Below, one piece after another: positions 41,801-53,800 of a DNA stretch of 64,000 nt. The number at the start of each line of letters is the position of its first letter. The stretch's first letter is position 1. Origin of the DNA: Phoronis australis. Taxonomy: Eukaryota; Animalia; Phoronida. The stretch spans positions 1 through 64,000 of the forward strand of contig NMRA01000729.1 in NCBI GenBank assembly GCA_002633005.1, written 5' to 3'. The translations under genes and the position numbers were made by a program. The notes under the pieces are model-generated. The model was not told the DNA's origin. It did not search any database and worked only from the letters and a program-made list of their open reading frames with translations.

Positions 41801-44800
41801 AAGACTTGCCTTCCGTTCCTTACACGTGGAATTTACAAATATTCGGAGTGCCAAACTACAGAAATCTGCGGAGGTTGAAAAACAGCGCTTAAAGTTGAAT
41901 GCCACCCGATTTAATTAGTCTTTTTTGCCGTCTTAATCGGTCTATTTCCACATCGCCTTGCATACGGTCGACCTAACCTTGCCAAGAGGTGAGGAAGGTG
42001 AGAAACGGTGCTAGCGACGTCAGTGGTTCATATGCAGAGTGAATGTTGCGGTGTATCGTTCCCGCTTGTTCGAACTAAGCAGCCGCGAGGAAAGCGAGTA
42101 TATCGTGTTTTTTTTTACTTCCTCAAGAGTCCGAAATGCTTAGGAAGTGGCTCATGGTAGTGAAGAATGAAATGTACGCTGTAAATAGCAAGTATGAGGC
42201 CGTGAAACATCTCCGTGTCTGTGGCCTGCAGACGACGTCGGCAGTGCCTCACGAATGCCGGCTTACCAAATAACTCCATACGTTCCGTTGTCTGAGCTTG
42301 TATTTCTTCATCACTGTATTCCTGTTCGAATTGATAGCCTGTAAAACTTAACGATCCACCTGCGAAGTCGGGAGTGATGAGCCGCTCTAGCTCGTACTAA
42401 ATCGGGATTGCGAGTTGCCAAGTTGGCGTTTATAACTGAGCGTTCTGTTTCAAAATGAAATATTCTCACCCTAGCCAATACTTATATAAAACTGAAACAA
42501 AATCCGTCTCATTAAATGCAATTTGTAATGCCTTTGCAGTGTTCGTGAGTGAACTAAATGATTTGAGAAGCCAGCAATGAATAAATCACTGCGACGTTTT
42601 ACCGGCTTTAGGTGCAATAAAACTAATTGACAGGACACCGAGGCCGTGTGAGCTCATGCTAATTTAGTGTTTGCTGGCAGAAACTGTTGTGAAACAACTC
42701 GATTTCCACCCCACGAGGTGGTGTTAGGGGAATCTTTATTTACATTTACATTACTCGAATAATGATTGTCAATGTACAACTTTTTCCCTGACGGTGCTGT
42801 GGCCAAAGCGGAATGAATTTGCGGCCCCTGACGAGTAAGTAGATTTGCAGTTTCGTGGATAATTCACCAACATAATCACGTTCACACTACTTTAGGTCAC
42901 TAGTATAGTTTTTTCTTGACTGGAAATTTAGTTTCCACTGAACTTTGGCTAGTTTGTTCGTGATTTCTGATCAATTTCCGAGCCACTGGCCGGGATAACG
43001 AGTCAATCCGGCCGGCCGCGACGGGACTGATCGGGCTGCGAGCCACTGGCCAGGATACAAGCGTTTTGTGTTTAGAACTCAGAAAGTCACAAGTCTAAAC
43101 AACACAGATCTAGGTTCTCCTGTCTGTATCTCTCGGAAAATACTTCGAAATTATCCCCGAACACACCCCAAACTCCTGCTACGGACCTTATTGGCCTGCC
43201 GAACATTGTAGGCTACTGTGTGTCCAAATACCAATAAATCCGTAAGAGCGAAATAAAACAACACGTTTTTGTAAGAGCTCGGTGTATTTTTAAGGGTTTT
43301 ACATCGAATTCTGATGATTTATTGGTGCTAAACGATGACTCCAAGCGATAAGCTGACACCAGTAACCCGTGTTGTGAACTGCTGAACAGAATGCGTGTGA
43401 AACCGATGACGTAATTGGATAATTTCAACACCTCCGTCTGCCGTCAGGTGTCAGGTAACGCAACCGCACGTGTCGTTATGGAGTAGAAATTATCGATCTA
43501 AATTGATACAAATTAGGTTGTTTTTTGGGTGGTATGCTCCTTTAAGATATACAACAGTAATATTCCTCTTCAAAATGCCAGTGTGCTTAACCTTGACTCT
43601 ACGTCGTATGCAAAGTATTTCTGTTCAAAGGTTCCAGCCAATACACACACTCAGCAAGTTCTAAGCAAAGGCTCCCAATGATCTGGCGTGCCTTCACAGA
43701 CAGGTAACGTGTCTGGATTTACCTAACCCGGTATGCCCTTGGTCTAAAAATTTAGTCTAAATGTGGCACTGGTTATAGCGCTCCGTCCGTCAGCATCTCC
43801 TCCTTCTGAATATAAATGCTTTAAACTACAGGTGAACTAGTGTCTGAACTACAAACTGACTGAAGCCGTGATTTGTCGACTTCTACCTCGTACATTACAT
43901 GACACAATAGAACTCTTGCCTCTGGTAAGGCGAGTGGATTTAATACATAGGTATGTTGGTGTATTTTGAATACAAGAGTTGCACTGAAGTGCATATGGGT
44001 GCTGCACGTTGCAATAGCGGGTGCTCACCTTTGCAGTACGGAGCCATAAATCCTAACTGACAACTTCCGTTACAATGACCAGTGAACCTGTCACAAAAGC
44101 CAGTCAAACAACGTCCACACTTCTCGATACAGTCGGCGCCGTAATAGTTAGCATCGCATTCTGGAATATTTCATCATGTATATAGAACCACAGGCGCTCG
44201 AATTTCCCGATGACTCATAACCATTATATGTTTCTTAGTACTGAGTGACGTCATTTGCGATCGATGAACAGATAAACTCAAGCGACTGGGTTTAGAACTA
44301 GGAGTAATAATATAGTTCTAAATTTAGAATGAAAACCTTGCACAATCATGAATTGTCATCAAGACCATAATGTCACTATTTAAAAAACGGGATACCGACC
44401 TAAGAACCGAGGTCAGAAACACATGCTATCTTAAAAATTACATAATGGGACACATGAGTTGTTTCATGAAGGCCTCGAAATTGAAAGTAAATACACAAAA
44501 CGTGCCTCGATTGGCGTACATGAAATAATATCCCACTCGACATTATTACTGTATCGACCTTGACAGAAAACATTTGTACTTATCCCGTGCTCTTCGAATT
44601 CCTAAGTTTCTTTCATTTTTTGGCAGATTTTTCAAATACTTCACACAGACTTTTCACGTGGCGTATCGCATCCTATATGTATGAACTTGCGCGTTAGGTT
44701 ACAAGTTTTCTCTAGTAAAAGAACGTTTTAAATGTTACGATTTATTACTTGAAAAGAGATAACAAAGATGAAAACAACGGTAACTGTGCATTGAACTTGT

Positions 44801-47800
44801 AACATCTAATGAAAATAAATAAATAACAACAATATAGCATATTGTAGTTACCGAGAAATCGGCGCCTGCCCTGAGTTGCAGACGATATACAATGTACCAA
44901 ACAACAATTGAAAACTGAGACAGAACTGTCATAACTCCTCTTCCAGATGTTACGATTGAGACCTGACTGCATGTTAAGTCTTATTTACACTGCTTCAATT
45001 GTATTACTTTAAACTATTTTCCGAGAGTTTGATGATCGAACAGGCTAACGAGGTCAGTCGACATTGACCCACCGTTTGAACTTTCCATGTCAGTGGTCAC
45101 TGTTAAAGTACTGCGGGTGGTGAATACGGAAAACATTATTACATAGCCCTATTTCCCTCGACTGATACAACGCGCATGGAATAAATTAAATGACTTCCAT
45201 GTAGATCCCAAAAATATTTTGTCAGCAGCCCAATGCAAAATATTGCTTGATGCCTAATAAGTTTAAGAGGCGGGTCTTAATGAAATTTTCGTTTTATGCT
45301 CTGACATTACTATGTTTAGCGGGGAAACTTAAGTACATGTAGTAGATACAGAATCAGCACTAGCATCAGCAGCAGCAGCACCAGCAGCAGCAGTCTGGAT
45401 GACAGAACAACTGAACACGTTATATATGAATGTCTGAGGACTCACCGCCCCCCAATTACAGAACCCCTTCTGACACCCTAACCAAAGATCCCCACGTTCC
45501 TCTTAAACTATGGGAGAATTGAACTTTTACTTCGGATTTGGAGGACGTCTCCCAACGTACCCCTTCCCGTCTAGTAACTGGCAACCCCCAAGTATCTCGT
45601 TGTTCAACAACAACAACAACAACAACAGCAGCAGCAGCAGCAGCAGCAAAGTAGAAGTAGGAAAATTAGTTGGTTTATTTACTAGAAGCCTATTTACCTA
45701 ACACTATCTGATTTCTAACATTATCTATGGTAAAACGTGATTGGACATTTAAGCGAAACATACGCATGCATAAAAAGTCATCTAAATAAAGAAATATTAA
45801 AAAATAAATTAAGAACGTTAAACGATGGAATATGAACAATAACAACATGAACACCATGTGCAGAATAAGCAATTGGCTTTGCAATTTTGGAAACATCCGC
45901 ATTTTATCATTAGTGTACTTCCTAAGTCCTCAACTCTGGAGCTTGTTTCACGAAGATTCTGTTGGATTTGTCATCTAACTTTCGACTAATAACCAGCCTA
46001 CATACGGCTCAGTTTGTCTACTAAAGCTCAACAATCTGTCTACAACTCCATGACAAAAGACAGAACTCGACCCGTTGTTTGTTCGACTAAACGTGCCGAA
46101 ATATCAACGTTTGGCTATTCGTAGTCAAACTTCTGTTTGGTGGCTACATTCAAACGCCAGAAGTCGATGGTCTCTTCCATAAATACCGTGGGGCTTGTTT
46201 CATGAAAAATGACCTGAGACTTGAGCCAAAAATTTGGTCTTGAGGTCCACAGAGCTAATTCATAAAAATAATTAAATCTCACTTGAACAAAGACGCAGAG
46301 TTCCTCAGTGTACACTGCTAGTTACTCAGAAATTTCTATAACTTATTTTTAGACTATGACGCGTTCATGATTACGTGGCACACTTTTTTCAGTAACTATG
46401 AAGTGGAAGTATCAGACCAAATTGATATCATGAGTCTTAAGTCATATAAGACCTTTAAAAAACACATAGGCCTTTAAGTTCCCCTGACGAGTTTGGCATG
46501 TGGTTATCAATGAAACTGAAAATGCCACTGAAATTCGGCACTGAAAGTGTACAGTTGAACTTATAGTCTTGTACCTTGATCACACGCCAGTCCTCTGTAC
46601 CCTGTTGCACAAGAACAACCGTAAGGGTCGATGTAACATATACTCTTCCCCTTACAACCATTTGTACCATTGTCTGAGCACTGAGATGTACAATTAAAGC
46701 CGAAGGTGTTTGCGCCACACGCTGTAAAAGTAAAAATCTTTAATCAGGATGCTTCATCGCTGACATTGGTACGGTTTTGGGAAAAAAGAGGTCGGGCTTT
46801 GAAAAAATACCTCTGTTGAATTAGATGAGTTTCGACAGTATAAAACTGAGTTGAGTAAGTAATTAATGGACTTAAATTCTTTATTGCAATGGAACTGGGA
46901 ATTACGCGCACGTCTGCTTCGCCTTGCCAGTGGTTGCTATGCATGATAATGTAAGTTTAGTTCACGGTTTTGCACCAACATCTATAACATTTGCAGTAAC
47001 AGTAGGTGGTTTTCTTGCTGATTATCATCAACTCGTCACCATCATTATCATTAACATTATCATTGTCATCATCATAATCGTCGTCGTAATCATCAATACT
47101 GTCATCATTATAATCATCAGCATTATCATTGTTGTCGTCATAATCGTCATCATCACCGTCGTTACTACGACTTCACTATTCAACAGCGTCGGTAAATAAT
47201 GAAGCATTGTGGAAAAAGCGAAAGCAGCTACATGTATAAGTGCGAATAGATCAAACAGTGACTCTTATAATTCTACCTTCAACATCTCAAAATGATGTCA
47301 TAAAATTCCTTGATTGCAGTCTCATGCACATGTTCATGTTATGAAGACCTATGTCAACAGGGTACGACAAGGGGCAGGGGCAGTCCAGAAAACAAAGAAA
47401 CAGCGGAAATTTAGGAGAGAATTTTTAAGAATATTTGTCAACTACCAATGCCAGGTCTACCAAAAGGGGGCTCTGGCCAAGTCGCTGTGGCTAGGGGGGT
47501 CCATGAACCGCTTACCTTCACATGAAAAGGCTTTTTACTCATTCTTGCATGCTTTATTAGGTTTGAGATAACGTTTCATGCGTAGATTTTCCAAAACAAA
47601 GTGATTCAGATGTTCAAATACAAGGAGACCAATCTTCGAAAACACACCGTCTGAGGCGACAAAATCATAGACCTAGGCTATTCTGAGCCCACCGGCTGAG
47701 TGAGCGTTGCGCTCACAATTTTTTCGCTCCTTTCCCCACTGAAGAAACTTCGTTGCTTCTATGTTGTCGGAATGTCCAATTGCCAACTACAAGCACAACA

Positions 47801-50800
47801 CTCAGAAATAATGAATCGGCTGCCAAAGATAAGTATGAATTCTGTTACCATACCCAGCCTACATACATGTAAAATTAAAATGATTAAACTGGATTTACCT
47901 GTTGAACAGTCCGGTCCTTTGAACCCAGGAGCGCAGATGCATTCTCCAACTATGTCATGACAAACGCCGCCATTTAAACATAACGGACAGTTATGTTCAC
48001 ACGAGCCGCCATACTTTCCTTTTGGACAAACTATAACGAGACATATGTCAATGTTCAGATGTAGAGCTCCACCAAGAACCCTTGGTTGACGTGTAGAGCA
48101 AGATTTGTAGGTGTAAAAACCTCATAAGAGACTTGTTTTGACACTGAAAAATGCCTACTTTATGACTTGTTGCATCAACATGGTTGAAATTGGATTTTTA
48201 TATAACCACTTTTACATGAGAACGTAAATGTTTAAGATGAGGCTGACTTTTGTTTTGCACAAAAGCTTTGCATTTGAATCACAATTCACGCATCATGAGA
48301 TAGTGGTTTGTTAAAATTAACGCTGCAGAATACGCCACCTAGTGTATAACAAGCTCAAACTCTACTTTGGAAACTCACCTCTTACAATAAGTCGTAACAT
48401 GTTTCTAGGTGACAGTGGTGCTGAGGCACGTCCGGTGTAATTGTGCAGTACGTAGACGCCGCCATGACCGATGTGAACTTTGTCTATTACGTTACTGAAC
48501 TTGTTATTCCACGAAGCTATTGATCCAAAACCAAAGAAGCTTCCGCCATCTTTTGTCCATCTTGCGTTGAGACCAGATATTGATGGTTGGTGAAGTCTCA
48601 CGTTTCTATCGTTAACACTCACCCGCACTGTCTTGTGAGCTGTTGATGTCGTAAAAGAAATGAGATTCTGGTTCATCCGTCAGTATTACCTTGCACCGTA
48701 ACTTACCAGCTATGTAATTTGCACTTAAGTTATCTTGATTAGGCCTACTTTACCATTTCTGGAACGCGAAATAAGCTGCGAAGAATAGCTGAGACAACGG
48801 TCAAAAAGATAACAGGACAGGATGCATAGCATTGTTAGACACAAGGAAATAATTTCAATGAACAATGAAAACTAACAAGAACGTATGAAAAAATAACGTA
48901 ATATATTTAATGTCCATGACGGGTTTTAACGTTTATCCAAACCAAAACTGGCATACTTAGTCAAAGTTATGAACTTCGATAATTGAGTAACTTCTTAATG
49001 TTGTGGAGCCTTCGCAGAATTGTTCCAAATTTTATCCATTTCAGTGTTCCTTCGTAAAAAATGGACTCATACAATTCAATTTAATTTTGAACTTTGGAAA
49101 ATTTCAAAATTTGAGTAACATTAGAATATCATATCTCAGAAATAGCTGGTTGGATTTAAAAGGTTGTGCACTTTACTGCAATCGTAAGCTTTTAAGTATT
49201 TCCCTTTTGTACTAAATGTGGTGATTTTTATCAAACACGAGAAACGCCACAAAGTCTTAACAAGCGCCGACCGCGTGCATCACAAATGGCAAAGGTATAA
49301 GGGGTGATCATTTCTTCAAAAACTTTCGCACAGAAGAATGAACAACACTAGCATTAGCAAAATGTAATTCTGTTAAATAATAACATTCCCGATACCGGAT
49401 GACAGCATCAGTATGACTTTCCAAAATGTGCACGTGTTGTTCTTTCTTAATTTCATAATGGGCTAAACGCAAAAAAATAAAACTGCCTCTAAGAAGCACA
49501 TTTCACAGTGTTATCCAATCAACGATGAAGGGCATCAAGTTAAAAATTAAATATTATACAGTTTCTACATTCACAGCATGCATACTTTAACTGAGTTAAA
49601 AGCCTGTCTTGAATGGTATCATAAGTATGTTAACTCCTGCACTATGTGATACGCGTCCTTCAGGTCCCTCTGACCACAATGGAGACATGAATTGACAAAT
49701 GTAAGGAGCGCTTAGATTCGTCAATTCATTTTCGTTCATTTTAAGACCGAAAACATTCAGTACACGCTCACATTGGTGTTCTATTCTGGTACTGGCGGTA
49801 GTTACACACTTCACTCTCCGATATCAGTGAATGTTCAAATTGTTGGTATCGAGCGTTGTTTTAACAGTTAAAACTGTTTAAGTGTTTCAATCAAGTTCAT
49901 TTCGACAGTGCAATTCATCTAGAACAGTAAAAATCCGTTCAAGATTCAAATACGCCTTCAAAATGCTAATGTTAAACTGAATGTGCCGGTCTAGAAGCAA
50001 TGTGACACACTGAACAGTAATATAAGCGGTGATGAACATTTTCAAGCAGTGTGGCTTAATCAATCTTTTCAATTACTGTTGCTGGGCAAAATTGGTAGAC
50101 AGCGATGAAAGTAGATCTTGCATCAGTTTTTGAGATTGTCACTGACACAGTGTCGCATGACGAAGCTCGCTTGACAAAATTATTGGCATAAAATGATATT
50201 TTCACCTCAGGCGGAACTATTCAGGGTTATCCACGGGCTCAGCCAATTTTTCACAAACCACGTCAGGTGCCATATGCTCTAGTAGATGCAGTGAATGCAG
50301 AAATTGATCGCTTGGTGGATGAGGGAACACCTTTAGTGAAAATTGTCAAGTCCAACGGACAGATTAAGATGTGTGGGGATTACAAGGTGACTATAAATAC
50401 TTGCTTAGATGAGCAACAATACCAGATGCCCACTCCAGAAGGTCTGTTTAATGCTCTCACTGGTGGCGTTGTTTTCAGTAAGACTGATTTTAAGTCAGGC
50501 CTATATGAAATTGGAAGTTGATGTCCAATCGCATAAATTGTTGACGCTTAACACTTTGCGAGGTCTGCATGAACACAGCGTCTACAGTTTGGAGTAGCGT
50601 CCGCTCCACACATTTTCCAAGGGGTTATGGAGTCCATGCTTCGTAGTTTATCTTGACGACATTTGTATTGCTTCCAAGTCTGTGGAGTCACATTTCAGAA
50701 CATTAGGCTTGGTCCTCGCTAGACTCAAGCAGCACGGGGAGAAGAAAAATTTAAACCCACTGATAATAATATTCCCCAAAGCTGATAACGAAATCATCAT

Positions 50801-53800
50801 CGAGAACTTAAATTAATGAAGATTTTCATCAAACGTAGCAGATACTGAGCCAAACGCAAAAAATAAAACTGCCACTACGAGGCGCAGAATTACATGTAGG
50901 CAAAATCGTTCCGAATCAGCCCCGTTTTCGTCGTTCAAAGTTTGTCGTGTTTTGTAACAGTAATGTCAAGTTTCACGGTGTTGCTCCAAAGGATTTGGTT
51001 GTTTTAGGTGCAGACACAACAAAGCAAAATTGCCAGAAGGGGGTATAGCCGCAGTCCGATCCGCCCTATAGCCAAGTCAGTATAAACTACATTGTATGCT
51101 CTAGTAAAAAAGAAACACACCTCCCAAATTATTGGACAATCATTTAAAGAACTTGGTGGTCATAGATACTGAAAAATACGCAAAATATAATGACTAGGCA
51201 GCGTAGCAGTAGCCAGATTCGATCAAAAATCAACTTCAACCATTACAAAACTTGGGAAAATGAGGGAGGTACAAAAATAAAACGTGGCTATGCGACATAG
51301 CGGCATTGGAATCCATCTGCAAAAAATTCTGCACTGGTCATGTTCTCGCCAAAATAAACATAGTCCTCAAGCATTACCCAATTTACAAGACGATCCCTTT
51401 AAGCGTTAGGCAGATTTATAGGCAAACGCCAAAAACGGAACAATATTAATGTTAAAGTTGTCAATATGGGGCACAATGGTAGTCGATTAAAACATTTTTG
51501 GTAGCGTCATTTCAAACACATCTGCCAAGTTTCACAAAGATCCAGTGAGTGACTTTGTAAATATAGAGGTAAAAGCAAAATCTTCAAGTTGCTGTGGTTG
51601 GGACAGTAGCAGTCGGATCTGTTCAAAAGTCGTCGTCCTCCTAGTGATAGAAAAGTACCGACGTTTTTGAGATACACTTGCTAATGCCGGAAGAACGCCA
51701 GGCAGAGATGACTACAATAAGAACACTTGTGAGTCCGTGTGTGTCTGAGTGTGTGTGCGCACGCGCGTTTGTGTGCGTGTGTGTGTGTGCGCGCGCATTT
51801 GTGTGTGTGTGCTTGCGTGTGTGCGTGCGTGTAAATGTGTAAAATAGAACAAAAAATAGTTTAGAAAATTCTAACTGCCTTAACCAGATACCATCTTGAG
51901 TATTGAGTATTCTTAAAGGCATTTTCTTCTTTACCGTAACTTATGTCGCTGAACCGGAGGAATATGTGAATGGCTAAATCGATTATTGTTTGGTGAAACT
52001 GATCTCCCGTAGTTGAAAAGGTTGGTTAAAATTGACATTATTTTATTGAAACGTAACTTGATTTAGTGCAGTGCAAATTTTTGTGAACATGAACGTGATT
52101 ATTTGATTGAACTTGTCAAGTTGACTCGCGTATTCCAAGTCCCCTAACACTCACTTCCGCTTAATCTTGATTAAGCGGATTAATCACGATTCCAAGTTCA
52201 CCTACAGCAGAGGTACGTGTAGACCTCGGTTCAAAAGAGGGCGCTGAGCGTTGATATTTATGGATTCTTTTAAGTTGCGAACATTCCAATTCTAGTCTTT
52301 GGCTATGATCTTAGATGATTCAAAGGGGATGGCATGTCCAGTCGCCAATATGTGCTCCCCCACAGCTGTGGGTCTGTCTACTTTCTGGTGTTCTCTTAAT
52401 CTGGTTAGCAACTGTCTCTACGTTCTCCAATGTAGGTGTGGTTGGGATCCTGGTCACATTTCAGCTGGTAAATGACCCCACAATGTCCTCTCCTGAACCA
52501 GGACCGAGATCACCACTTAACTCCCGTGCATTCGAACATTCTCAATCAGCGAAAGGCGGGAAACTCCTCACACATTGACGAAGACCTGGCGTCCCTCTTC
52601 TACCCGTTGAAAGGGAAGACTTCTCATTAAGGAGGGGTTACAAAATGGAAAAAGCGCGGTCGCAACTTTTCTATCACCAAGGAACTAAGACACTAGAGGG
52701 TTTCCTTCAAATGACCATATCTAGTAACGGCATACCGGTCAAAACTCATTGCATGCTCCTTCAGTTGATGTTCGACTAGACAGCAGTCGTCTAGAAACAA
52801 TTCAAAATTCCTTTATTCTTCCCATTTTCATTTTGTCGTATTATAGCCCTCTTGGAAAGCAGTGCTATCACTGAAGAGGCCACCATCCTTTTAAATATCA
52901 CAATAAATAAATAAATATAATAGTGCTCACAAAGGGGCCCAATGCTGGAATCACCGAAAACAAATTACTCAACACAAACACACAATTGGCCAGAACGCGT
53001 TCGCAACGTAAAATTACACTCGAGTTTATCCACGCAATAAACAATACGTCCAACCTACAAAGTACACGCGATACGAATAGTAACACGGCCTGATCCATGA
53101 ATCATAACCGACAACCTTATATCAAATCAGCCATCCTCCTTCAAAAACACTAAAAACACTAAAACAGTGACATCAAGAAATCCCTGGAATATTTTACCAA
53201 ATACGATGAAAGTACCACAATCAGTCGCCGAAATTTCATAAATTGTTATCTCAGTCTAGAATTAATGTTTTCGCCTTATAGACTGATTGTACATTGTACA
53301 CATATGCAACTGCTGTTGTAGTGTCGAACTGAATTCAAATAAACAGTTAAAGTTGCATTTGCCTTGCTGAGCTTGCCAAAGGGCAATTGGAAAGTAAGCC
53401 CTGCACGCATTGCCTGTAACTTGATTTTGCAACGGAATTGAAAATTATATTAAGGTCGGGATGGATTTTATGGAAGTAAAAGGTCCAATTTAATTTTCGC
53501 TTTCAAGCAATTAAAAAGCGCAAAATAGAGCTTTAAATGAACTACCCCCCCCCCTTCCTCCTTATGCAAGACATGGTTTTTTAAAATCTTAAACTTATTG
53601 CATACTATGATATTTTGTTCAGATGAATACACCCTGAGTGTTCTTGTGTAGGCCTGTACTTCAGTTTTTCTATTTGAGGTTTCACTTAGACACGTTGTCC
53701 GTCTGTTAATGAGTATTTACAGACACGCTTAAAAATGTTGTTGTACTCTTTTCATTAATTTACTGGTCCTAGTCTTAGTTTAGCCAGTTAGGAATAACAA

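Noticed and set aside
46924-47199. Hydrophobic poly-Ile/Val ORF resembling a membrane protein
   Set aside because: Translation of an (ATC)n low-complexity tract.
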